Positions 38,651 to 49,547 are shown, counted from the first letter of the stretch. The stretch: 64,000 nucleotides of DNA from Mobula hypostoma (GCF_963921235.1 NC_086109.1:3412001-3476000); one strand, 5' to 3'. Notes: generated from the sequence alone by a model not told the origin. A program made the numbers and translations.

Positions 38651-39138
38651 GTGATATCAACAGGTTCAAGATCAACTGGGGAAGTGTACCTGATTGAATT
38701 TAATTCTGGAAAGTGAAAATTGATGGATTTTGGAAAGCTAAACTAGGGATTGACATGCACAGTGAATGCCATGGAGAATGGCATTTCTTCCCTCAGATGA
38801 ATTTGTGGAACTCTTTGCCCTCAGGGGTGGAAGCTAGGTCTTAGATATATTTCTGGTGTAGATGGATAAGTATTTGAAAGAGTTGTGGGGACTCTGCACA
38901 GAAGAAGAGATGAAGTTGGCACAGATTAGTGTAGTCACATTTGATAGAGGGTCAGGTCTGAGGTGCCTGGTGGCCACTCTGTCTTCTTGTGTGTCCAATA
39001 TTGGGTGGTGGCCTGTTGAATTTTAAAGAAATTTTCAGGAATTGGAAGCTGGGCCTGTTAAAGGAAGTTCTTTCCAGTATTCAGTGTGAGTATCACTGTC
39101 TTCTGTAGATGGGACATATTGCCATGCCAGCACGCATA

Positions 39139-39709
39139 CAGTACTGTGTAAAAGACTTGGATACATATGTATATATCACTAAGGTGCCTAATATTTTTGC
39201 ACCATGTTGTAGCAACTTCATGTATTGCACTGTACTGCTGCTGCAAATAAAAAACATATTTTGTGATGTACGTGAGTGATGATAAACCTGATTCTGATAT
39301 GGGTCTCTATTGTGGGCAGAGAGTGGGAAGGGGGCACAGAAAGGGGAATCATGGTTGGGAAAGGGGGAAGGGAGAGGGGAGGGAGCAGAAAGCGTCAGAG
39401 AGACATTCTGTAAAGATCAATATACCAATTTTTTAGAATCAGATGACCTTGCCTGGTGTCTCAGGGCTGCGTGTGTCTATACCCACACCACCCCCACACT
39501 GCCATTCCTTCTCTGCCACCTGTCCTACACCTCCCCCCATGGCATCCCACCCTGGCCATTCCCAATATCCTTTGCTCCTGCCAGATTTACAAACCCACTC
39601 TCTGCTCCGCATTTGACAAAGACAGTACTGTGGAAAAGTCTAAGGCACCCTAGCTATATGTGTGTGAGTATGTATATGTATGTCTGCTGAAGGGTTTTGC
39701 ACAGTACTG
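39139..39709 (+). mobile_element. Composite double-hairpin Tc1-like element, copy 3 (longest)
   Basis: TA|cagtactgtgtaaaag... at the left and cagtactgtggaaaagtctaaggcacc...ttttgcacagtactg|TA at the right; interior begins with a LINE-tail-like tattgcactgtactgctgc...aaacctgattctga. Confidence 0.82.
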
Positions 39710-39780
39710 TACCTCCAAGATGGTGTAGATGTGTTCTAACCCCTTTCCCAATGGACACTGGCCTCCCCGTCGACCTGGAG

Positions 39781-39869
39781 TATAAAACTGCAGCTTAGCA
39801 TGCTGAGAAAAACTGGATTCTTGCCCACGAACACGAGCTCACCCCTGACAGCTCACTGAGATGGTAAGT
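39781..39869 (+). promoter_or_regulatory. Candidate TATA promoter plus short first exon ending ATG|gtaagt
   Basis: CCAAT near 39748, TATAAAA at 39781-39787, consensus donor GAGATG|GTAAGT at 39863/39864, unique CpG-containing sequence. Confidence 0.33.
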
Positions 39870-40029
39870 GAGCCCTGGCACCGGGCCAGGAGTATGAGGC
39901 AGAACTGCTCAAGCAAAGTCTTTCTGGGCTCAAAACCAACTCTTCCATCTAAGGTAGCCAGTAGAATTATAAAAGTTTTTTCATTTAAAAAAAAATTGGC
40001 TCATACAAGCATAAGAACTGAGAATGCAT

Positions 40030-40800
40030 CAGTTAGCCGTTTGAGGTAAGTTAAGGAGTAAGACTATGGGTCCTTTAGAATTATAAAGAAGCCAGAAAGG
40101 AATTTAGAGAAAACTAGGAAAGCCAGGAGGGGCCAAGAAACGACCTTGGCAAGTAAGATTACAGAGAACGCTAAATAATTCTATACCTACATCAAGAACA
40201 AGAGGATAGCAGCACAGAAATGCGAAGAAATTTTTTTAGCTAGAGGGTGGTGAGTCTATGGCATTTGTTGCCATGGGCGGCAGTGGAGGCCAAGTCATTG
40301 GGTGTATTTAAGGCAGAGATTGATAGGTATCTGAGTAGCCAGGGCATCAAAGGTTATGGTGAGAAGGCGGGGGAGTAGGACTAAATGGGAGAATGGATCA
40401 GCTCATGATAAAATGGCGGAGCAGACTCGATGGGCCGAATGGCCGACTTCTGCTCCTCTGTCTTATGGTTTTATAACCCGGGAGTGAGTGGGATCGCTCA
40501 AAGATAAAGGTAGAGTCGGGGTGGGGGAACTTTGCTTGAAGGTAGAGGATGTAAGTCAGGTCCGAAATGAGTACTTCGTCATGGAAAATGGCTTGGAGGA
40601 TAGTGAAGTTAAAATGGAACACAGCAATATGCAAGGGCATCTCGAGGTAAAGGAAGAAGTAGTGTTGGGTATCGTGAAGAGTGAAAAGCAGAGCAAGTAC
40701 ACAGGACCCTGATGGGATATACCCCAGGTTATGGGGAGTGGTAGGAGATGAGATTGTTAGGGCCTTGACCAAGACCTCTGTGTCCTCTGTAAGCTTGGGA
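40030..40800 (+). mobile_element. Decayed CR1 internal fragment with a nested younger CR1 3' end (about 40212-40472)
   Basis: ggaaagccaggaggggccaag...acatcaagaacaagaggata, interrupted by a CR1 3' end, then gtgggatcgctcaaagataaagg...caggaccctgatgggatataccccagg. Confidence 0.75.
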
Positions 40801-41595
40801 GAGCTTGCAGACTCAACACAGTAGTGGCAATCAGAGCCCTGACCGTGAGGCAGCAACATCATCTGCTCTGCCACCGAGAGCAGGGGTTCCCCACCTGGGC
40901 TCCAGGAACCCCTTGGTTAATGGTAGGGGTCCCTTTTAGTGGAGACATCTAGACACAAGTAAGTGTGTATTCACTGACCACTTTCATGTCACAGTGATGG
41001 AGTGAGTGGCATTCTGGAATCCTCGCATACCCTGAGTTTGAGGTGAATTGAAAACTCAGTGTTTAATACCAGAAATCAACAGAAAGTACTGAAGGTTCAG
41101 TGGCTGCATCAACTGTACTTCAGTGGATAGTTCCACAGGACATTCTACAGTTAACTTTACACAGAGAAATAGCTCTTGCCAAGTCTGTGTTTATATGCAG
41201 GAGTTGGGAGGAGACAAAAATGAACAGAATTTGCCAAGTGACCTTACAATAATGTCACCGCTGAAGTGACTGACAGTTCAGTTCACTGTTTCAGCCCAGC
41301 TGCTAACATTAGTTGGTCCCTCCAAGTTTGTGTCACTGTAATTTGGAGTAATTTTAGCCCTCTCAAGGCAGACTTGCAGAGAAATTATTTCCAAGTAGCA
41401 CAAGATGCTCGGGTTTAAAAATTGCAAATTCCTGCTGATTCTTGAGTTGCCAAGATATCTAAAAAGCTGACCTTAGAGTCACAGGGCACAGAAACAGCCC
41501 TTCAGCCCATCTAGTCCATGCTGACCAAGATGCCCCATCCAAGCTCATCCCATTCGCCAGTGTGTGGTCCATATATCCTTCCAAACGTTTCCCAT

Positions 41596-42870
41596 CAAAG
41601 TTCAAATTATATTTTATTATCAAAGTACACATCACCATTTACAACCCTGAAATTCAATTTCTTGTGGGGATACTCAACAAATCTATAAAATAATAACTGC
41701 AACAGAATCCGTGAAAGACTGCCCAACGAGAGCATTCAACCCAAGTGCAGAAGATAACAATCTGTGCAAATACAAAAAGAAGAAACAATAATGATAAATA
41801 AAAAAACAATAAATGTCGAGAACATGAGATGAAGAGTCCTTGAAAGTGAGCTCATGAGTTGTGGGAACATTTCAATGATGGGGAGAGTGAAGTTAACCCC
41901 TTTGGTTCAAGAACCTGATAGCTGAGGGGTAGTAACTGCTCCTGACCCTGGTGGTGCTGGCCTGAGGCTTCTGTACCACCTTCCTGATGGCAGCAGCAAG
42001 AAGAGAGCTTGACCTGGGTGGTGAGGGTCTCTGATGATGGATAACGCTTTCCTGCGACAGCTTTTCATGTAGATGTGCTCAATGATAGTCGTAGTCATAC
42101 TTTATTAATCCCGGGGGAAATTGGTTTTCATTACAGTTGGTCCATAAATAATAAATAGTAATAGAACCATAAATAGTTAAATAGTAATATGTAAATTATG
42201 CCAGTAAATTATGAAATAAGTCCAGGACCAGCCTATTGGCTCGGGGTGTCTGGCTCTCCAAGGGAGGAGTTGTAAAGTTTGATGGCCACAGGCAGGAATG
42301 ACTTCCTATGATGCTCTGTGCTGCATCTCGGTGGAATGAGTCTCTGGCTGAATGTACTCCTGTGCCCACCCAGTACATTATGTAGTGGATGGGAGACATT
42401 GTACAAGATGGCATGCAACTTAGACAGCATCCTCTTTTCAGACACCACCGTGAAAGAGTCCAGTTCCATCCCCACAACATCACTGGCCTTACGAATGAGT
42501 TTGTGGATTCTGTTGATGTCTGCTGCCCTCAGCCTGCTGCCCCAGCACACAACAGCAAACATGATAGCACTGGCCACCACAGACTCGTAGAACATCCTCA
42601 GCATCGTCTGGCAGATGTTAAAGGACCTCAGTCTCCCCAGGGAGGGCTTTACCAGTGATGGGATGGATTGGGGCTGTATCCACTACTTTTTGTGGGATTG
42701 TCTGTTGGTGTTTCCATCCCAGGCTGTGATGCAGCCAGTCAATATTACTCTCCACTGCTCTCTGTCATGTTGAATCTCTGTAAACTCTTCGGGAAGTAGA
42801 GGCGTTACCGTGCTTTTCTCATAATTGTACTTGCGTGCTGGACCCAGGGCAGACCCTCTGAAATAATGTA
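41596..42870 (-). mobile_element. L2/Rex1-group LINE interrupted by a young Rex1-type copy at 42087-42641
   Basis: IEHIYMKSCRRKALSIIRDPHHPGQALF (ORF 41907) resumes at about 42642 (gagggctttacc); the insert carries ORF 42233-42604. Confidence 0.88.
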
Positions 42871-43478
42871 CCTGTCCAACGTCTTTTAAAAGGTGCAGTA
42901 TTTATATATATGTATCTCCGTCTTGCACTACACTGTACTGCTGCTGCTGCAGAACAGCAGATTCCACAACATGACAGTGATAAATAAACCTGTTTCTGAT
43001 ATTCTACATGACAACCTCTGTGTTCCACCAGCATTTTGTGTGTGTTGCTTGAATTTCCAGCGTCTGCAGATTTTCTCGTGTTTGCACCCTCTTAATCAAT
43101 TGAACTTAATAAACTTTGAGTCTATAAAAAATGAAAATATTGTTAACCTAATTGTGCAATTAGTGAGTACAATTGATATTCTCTCAGTTACAATTTTGTA
43201 AATCTGAAATTGACATAATGGAGCTTGGAGTATCCAAATACAGCATCTTTGTAAATCATTTTCTTCACTGAAAATTCCTTTTACAACAATTTTATCATTA
43301 ATTATTCCTTTTGCATTGACAAACATGAATTGAAGGGATTGGATTTTGTGTACTTGTTAAGTATGTGCTGTTTCATGGAGAAAGGGTGATTCATAATCAT
43401 GTCTCTGGAATTAGCAATAGTTGCAAAAGTTCATGAATCTGGAAGGAACGTTCATGGTATTTATTTCATAAGTACCAT

Positions 43479-43770
43479 AGGGTGGCATGGTAGCGTAGTG
43501 GTTAGTTAGCACAGCGCTTTACAGTACCAGAGACCAGGGTTCAATTCCCGTTACTGCCTGAAAGAAATTTGTGTGTTCTCCCCTTGACCATGTGGGTTTC
43601 CTCCGGGTGCTCCAGTTTCCTCCCACAGACCAGAAACGTACCGGTTGGTAAGTTAATTGGTCATTGTAAAGGCTAGGGTTAAAACCGGGAGATTGCGTAG
43701 CTCAAAATGCCGGAAGGGCCAACTGTGTGTGTTGCTTGGGCCTACTCTGTGCTGTATCTCAATAAAGAAA
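43479..43770 (+). mobile_element. tRNA-derived V-SINE (HE1-like)
   Basis: A box tggtagcgtagtgg, B box gggttcaattccc, V-domain, CR1-like tail ctgtgctgtatctcaataaa. Confidence 0.85.
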
Positions 43771-43783
43771 TAGATATTTGGTC

Positions 43784-45279
43784 AACACACACAAAATGCA
43801 GAAGGAACTCAGCAGGCCAGACACCATCTATATAAAAGAGTACAGTCAACGTTTCAGGCTGAGACCCTTTAGCAGAACTGGAGAAAAAAACATGAGGAGT
43901 CAGTGTTGGGAAGGGTGGGAAAAACACAAGGTGATAGGTGAAACTGGGAGGGGGAGGGGTGAAGTAAAGAGCTGGGGAGTTGATTGGTGAGAGGGATACA
44001 GGGCTGGAGAAGGGGGGGAATCTAATAGGAGATGACCGAAGGCCATGGAAGGAAGAAAAGGGGGAGGAGCATCAGAGGGAAGTGATCGGCGGCCAAGGAG
44101 ATGAAGTGAGAGAGGGAAAGGGGGATGGGCAATGATGAAATTGGGGGGCATTACCAGAAATTCAAGAAATCAATGTTCATGCCATCAGGTTGGAGGCTAC
44201 CCAGACAATGTCTAAGGTGTTGCTCCTCCTACTTGAATGTGGCCTCATCGTGTCAGTAGAGGAGGCCATGGGTAGACATATCGGAATGGGAAGAAGATTT
44301 TCTGATTGTTTCAGCTTGTTCCTGCCCTACTGACTCATATCTGCATATCTCAACTTAATTTTATCCCCCCCCCCCCCCCGGTTCAGTCCTTTCCCACCTA
44401 CATCTGTGGCACTTCACACGTTCTTGATCCTTTCAATGATTTTAAGTTCCCTTGCCTCCATCATTGTATTTTCACTATAGACGTTCAGTCCCTATACAAC
44501 TCCATTCCTCACCCCAAAACTTTCTGTTTCTTTCTGGACACCAGACCCAACCAGTTCCCTTCCCCCACTTTTCCTACACTACATCAACGACTGCATTGGT
44601 GCTGCTTCCTGCACCCGTGCCAAGCTCATTGACTTAATCAACTTTACCTCCAACTTCCACCCTGCCCTCAAATTTACCTGGTCCATTGGGAGGCCACTCA
44701 CCGAGCATCTATGCTCCATTCGCCAGAAAAAAGTGGGATCTCTCAAAGGCCACCCATTTTAATTCCACTTCCCATTCCCATTCTGACATCTCATTCCATA
44801 GCCTCCTCTTCTGTCACAATGAGGCCACATTCAGGTTGGAGGAGCAAAACCTTATATTCCATCTGGGTAGCCTCCAACCTGATGGCATGAGCATCAATTC
44901 CTTGAACTTCTGGTAATGCCACCACCCGCCCCCCCAACTTCACCATTCCCCATCCCTTTTCCCTTCTCTCACCTTATCTCCTTGCCTGCTCATTGCCTCC
45001 CTCTGGTGCTCCTCCCCCCTTTTCTTTATTCCATGACCTTCTGTCCTCTTCTATCAGACTCTTCTCCAGCCCTGTGTCTCTCTCACCAATCAACTTCACA
45101 GCTCTTTACTTCATCCCCCCCCACCCAAGTTTCACCTATCACCTTGTGTTGTTTCTTCCACTGCCTTCTAACACTGGCTCCTTATCTTTGTTTCTCCAGT
45201 CCTGATGAAGGGTCTCAGCCTGAAACGTTGACCATACTCTTTTCCATAGATGCTGCCTGGCCTGCTGAGTTCCTCCAGC

Positions 45280-45317
<38 letters not shown>

Positions 45318-45358
45318 GCTCGGATTTCCAGCATCCACCAATTTTCTCTTGTTTGTGA
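43784..45358. mobile_element. Penelope-like element with inverted (tail-out) structure and internal deletions
   Basis: Minus arm 43784-44292 is the reverse complement of the plus arm 44770-45320; the middle has RT remnants (FTIDVQSLYNSIP) and ATHFNSTSHSHSD; flanks tagatatttggtcaac / taaatatttggcaac. Confidence 0.88.
45197..45233 (+). ncRNA. Minimal type I hammerhead ribozyme motif (partly decayed)
   Basis: cagtc CTGATGA AGG gtctcag CCT GAAA cg TT gacc. Confidence 0.6.
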
Positions 45359-45536
45359 ATAAATATTTGGCAACTGGATTATTTACTGCAGTCATTTTGC
45401 ACTGCTCCTCCATGTGTGGTCTCCATTAGTTGAGTGGTTTATACACTGTGTTCATTATGTACTGTGTCATTTGACGTAGGCAATTATGGTCATTCTATTG
45501 CCATGATTGTTCTTGGCAAATTTTCTCTGGAAGTGT

Positions 45537-46095
45537 TACCCCTTTTGTTCAATAGCCTGATGGCTGAGGGGTAGTAACTGTTCTTGAACCTGGTAGAGCG
45601 AGTCCTGAGGCTCTTGTACCTTCTACCTGATTGCAGCAGTGAGAAGAGAGCCTGGCCTGGGTGGTGAGGATTTTTGATAAAGGATATTGCTTTCCTATGG
45701 CACTGTTTCATGTAGATGTGCTCAATGGTTGGGAAGGTTTTACCTGTAATGTGCTGTACCGAATCCACGACCTTAACCAGGATTTTCCACTCAAAGGCAC
45801 TGGTGTTCCCGTACCCCAGGCTGTGACGTAGCCAGCCAGCACACTTCCCACCACACGCCTATCGAAGTTTGTCAAAGATTTCGATGCCATGCCAAATCTC
45901 CGCAGTCTCCTAAGGGAGTGGAGGTGCTGTTGTGCTTTCTTTGCAAATTACATTTACATGATGGGTCCAGGACAGGTCCTCTGAGATAGTGACACCAAGA
46001 ATTTTAGTGTTACTGACCCTGTCTGCCTCTGATCCCCCCAGTGAGGACTGGCTCATGGTCCTCTGGTTTCCCTCTCCTGAAGTCTACAATCTTTT
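45537..46095 (-). mobile_element. L2/Rex1-group LINE ORF2 fragment
   Basis: ORF 45490-45768 DSVQHITGKTFPTIEHIY...GRRYKSLRTRSTRFKNSYYPSAIRLLN. Confidence 0.88.
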
Positions 46096-46197
46096 CACGT
46101 GGCTTGATGTGAAGCACCTTGGCATATAATCTGTGCGTTTCTGCTCAGATCTGTTGGTGGTGGTGTTGTCTGTTGCTCTGGGGGTGGGGTGGGGTAG

Positions 46198-46431
46198 GGG
46201 GGTGCATGGTACCACAGAAGATTGTGTAATGCTATTACAGCGCTAGCAATCCAGGGTCTATTCCCTCTGCTGTCAGTAAGGAGCTTGTACATTGTCCCTG
46301 TGACCGTGCGGATTTCCTCTGGGTTCTCCGCGTTGGTGTTGAAGTGCAGGTGAGTAGGTTAACTGGTCACGTGGGTGTAATTGGGTGGCGCAGACTCGTT
46401 GGGCCGAAAGGGCCAGTCATCACACTGTATC
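46198..46431 (+). mobile_element. V-SINE, decayed
   Basis: ggtgcatggtac...cagggtctattccc...gcggatttcctctgggttctccg...gggccgaaagggcc. Confidence 0.7.
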
Positions 46432-46885
46432 AGACACTCTCGGCCAGCGACCGAGCCAGGGCTCACCAGCCCAGGAGCTTTGGTCGACGGGTCACACCTC
46501 TTGGTCCATGGCCATCTGGAGGCTCGCTCAGCAGCCTCTGTGACGGTCCTGATGGCACTTTTCTTTACAGCCCCCATAATGCCAAGGAGAGAGTAAGTTC
46601 TACAGAACAAGCAGCCAGCAGAACCTCTACATCCCTCCTCTATAGGCTCACGTCTTGCCTTCTACCACTGTCCCTGGCACTGCTCGACCAACCCCTGGTA
46701 ATCAGCTTTCTTACACTCAACATCTCCTCAATCCAGTCTTCCCAAGGCATCGTCAGGTCTACCATGACCCCCTGCTTTGAGGTTTCTGACCGAATTGCCA
46801 TGTCAGGCCTCAGTGATGATGATGTGACGAAGTCAGGGAACTTCAATTGCTTGCCAGGATCAACTTCCAGTTGCCAGTTAACAGT
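46432..46885 (-). mobile_element. HERO-like non-LTR retrotransposon relic (restriction-like endonuclease domain, C-terminus and 3'UTR)
   Basis: Reverse translation WQLEVDPGKQLKFPDFVTSSSLRPDMAI..SKQGVMVDLTMPWEDWIEE /frameshift/ KKADYQGLVEQC..*..EPIEEGCRG...EAAERASRWPW, matching the RPD..(E)LTVPWE..KY..P.EVGCRG pattern of HERO-clade RLE domains. Confidence 0.8.
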
Positions 46886-47832
46886 GTCTGCTGCAAAGTA
46901 GCTCGCCGATTCATCCTAACCTTATTATTAAACCTGCCGATAAGGGGGGGTGCTGTTGTAGTCTGGCGTACTGACCTCTACCTTGCCGAGGCACAGCGAC
47001 AACTCGCGGATACCTCCTCTTATTTACCCCTCAATCGTGACCCCACTAAGGAGCACCAGGCCATTGTCTCCCACACCATCACCGACTTTATCCGCTCAGG
47101 GGACCTCCCATCCACTGCTACCACGTTATAGTTCCTACACCTCGCGCTTCCCGTTTCTACCTCCTACCCAAGATCCACAAACCTGCCTGTCCTGGCCGAC
47201 CTATTGTCTCAGCTTGCTCCTGCCCCACCGAACTCGTTTCTGCATACCTCGACACGGTTTTATCCCCCCTTGTTCAATCCCTTCCTACCTATGTTCGTGA
47301 CACTTTTCATGCTCTTAAACTTTTCGATGATTTTAAGTTCCCTGGCCCCCACCGCTTTATTTTCACCATGGATATCCAGTCCCTATATACTTCCATCCCC
47401 CATCAGGAAGGTCTCAAAGCTCTACGCTTCTTTTTGGACTCCAGACCTAATCAGTTTTCCTCTACCACCACTCTGCTCCATCTAGCGGAATTAGTCCTTA
47501 CTCTTAATAATTTCTCCTTTGGCTCCTCCCACTTCCTCCAAACTAAAAGTGTAGCTATGGGCACCCGTATGGGTCCTAGCTATGCCTGCCTTTTTGTTGG
47601 CTTTGTGGACAATCTATGTTCCGTGCCTATTCTGGTATCTGTCCCCCACTTTTCCTTCGCTACATCGACGACTGCATTGGCGCTGCTTCCTGCACGCATG
47701 CAGAGCTCGTTGACTTTATTAACTTTGCCTCCAACTTTCACCCTGCCCTCAAGTTTACCTGGTCCATTTCCGACACCTCCCTCCCCTTTCTAGATCTTTC
47801 TGTCTCTGTCTCTGGAGACAGCTTATCCACTG

Positions 47833-48726
47833 ATGTCTACTATAAGCCTACTGACTCTCACAGCTATCTGGACTATTCCTCTTCTCACACTGTCTCTTGC
47901 AAAAACGCCATCCCCTTCTCGCAATTCCTCCGTCTCCGCTGCATCTGCTCTCAGGATGAGGCTTTTCATTCTAGGACGAGGGAGATGCCCTCCTTTTTTT
48001 AAAGAAAGGGGCTTCCCTTCCTCCACCATCAACTCGGCTCTCAAACGCATCTCCCCCATTTCACACACATCTGCTCTCACTCCATCCTCCCGCCACCCCA
48101 CTAGGAATAGGGTTCCCCTGGTCCTCACCTACCACCCCACCAGCCTCCGGGTCCAACATATTATTCTCCATAACTTCCGCCACCTCCAACGGGAACCCAC
48201 CACTAAGCACATCTTTCCCTCCCCCCCCCCCGCATTCCACAGGGATCGCTCCCTACGCGACTACCTTGTCCATTCGTCCCCCCCATCCCTCCCCACTGAT
48301 CTCCCTCCTGGCACTTATCCGTGTAAGCGGAACAAGTGCTACACATGCCCTTACACTTCCTCCCTTACCACCATTCAGGGCCCCAAACAGTCCTTCCAGG
48401 TGAGGCAACACTTCACCTGTGAGTCGACTGGGGTGATATACTGCGTCCGGTGCTCCCGATGTGGCCTTTTATATATTGGCGAGACCCGACGCAGACTGGG
48501 AGATCGTTTTGCTGAACACCTACACTCTGTCCGCCAGAGAAAGCAGGATCTCCCAGTGGCCACACATTTTAATTCCACATCCCATTCCCATTCTGACATG
48601 TCTATCCACGGCCTCCTCTACTGTAAAGATGAAGCCACACTCAGGTCGGAGGAACAACACCTTATATTCCGTCTGGGTAGCCTCCAACCTGATGGCATGA
48701 ACATCGACTTCTCTAACTTCCGCTAA
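47833..48726 (+). pseudogene. Penelope ORF C-terminal segment (thumb, Zn linker, GIY-YIG endonuclease); real frame from about 48000
   Basis: FKERGFP...PLVLTYHP...RDRSLRDYLV...GVIYCVRCSRCGLLYIGETRRRLGDRFAEH...LQPDGMN. Confidence 0.9.
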
Positions 48727-49024
48727 TGCCCCACCTCCCCCTCGTACCCCATCTGTTACTTATTTTTATACACACATTCTTTCTCTCACTCCCCTTTTTC
48801 TCCCTCTGTCCCTCTGAATATACCTCTTGCCCATCCTCTGGGTCACCCCTCCCCCTTGTCTTTCTTCCCGGACCTCCTGTCCCATGATCCTCTCTTATCC
48901 CTTTTGCCTATCACCTGTCCAACTCTCGGCTCCATCCTGTTGTCCCCCTCCTGTCTTCTCCTATCATTTTGGATCTCCCCCTCCCCCTCCAACTTTCAAA
49001 TCCCTTACTCACTCTTCCTTCAGT

Positions 49025-49062
49025 TAGTCCTGACGAAGGGTCTCGGCCTGAAACGTCGACTG
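49025..49062 (+). ncRNA. Minimal type I hammerhead ribozyme in the Penelope terminal repeat
   Basis: Stem I AGTC/GACT, core CTGACGA (49030-49036), stem II AGG/CCT, GAAA (49050-49053), palindromic ACGT in place of stem III, cleavage triplet GTC ending at 49057. Confidence 0.75.
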
Positions 49063-49547
49063 CACCTCTTCCTACAGATGCTGCCTGGCCTGCTGCGTTC
49101 ACCAGCAACTTTTATGTGTGTTGCTTGAATTTCCAGCATCTGCAGAATTCCTGTTGTTCACCGATTCTTATCTGTTCCGTAGCTGACTGACTCTGTAAGG
49201 CGTTATCAATTTAAAGCAGAGATCAGATAGATTAGTTTTATCATCAAATATTCATTAAAATTTGTCACATCACGTCTGCATCAGAACATAGAATGAGATA
49301 TCTTGTTGCGTCCATGACAAATGCAGTCTGAGGATGTGCCGGGAACAGTCTGCAGCTGTCACCAGGCTCCGGCACCAACATAGCATGTCCACAGCTTACT
49401 AACAATAAGTCTGAAGCTAAGGCACGTGGATGAGAGAAAAATGGAGGCCTATGTAGGAAGGAAGGGTTAGATGGATCTGAGAATAGGTTAAAAGGTCGGC
49501 ACAAGATTGTGCGCCCAAGGGCCTTTATTGTGCCATCATGTACGTTG

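Larger units (their letters stand above)
46913..49157 (+). mobile_element. Penelope-like retroelement (Neptune-like), 5'-truncated; RT + GIY-YIG + 3' terminal repeat
   Basis: KPADKGGAVV, FYLLPKIHK, FTMDIQSLYTSIP, AMGTRMGPSYA, FLRYIDD, PFLD, YYKPTD, CKRNKCYTC linker and VIYCVRCSRCGLLYIGET..RFAEH; about 4 frameshifts; TSD tcgccgattc/tcaccgattc. Confidence 0.95.

Noticed and set aside
43479..43560. tRNA gene
   Set aside because: A and B boxes are present, but the sequence continues into a V-domain and LINE-like tail with no cloverleaf; it is a SINE head (likewise 20051 and 54610).
44916..45362. 148-aa ORF ending in CVCV repeats
   Set aside because: Chance ORF across the pyrimidine-rich PLE terminal repeat and a (TG)n microsatellite.
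46880..46915. HERO-Penelope chimeric element
   Set aside because: The Penelope copy has its own TSD and the opposite orientation, so this is an independent adjacent insertion.
47833..48726. Stand-alone GIY-YIG nuclease gene (UvrC/homing type)
   Set aside because: Collinear with a frameshifted Penelope RT and followed by the PLE terminal repeat inside a TSD.
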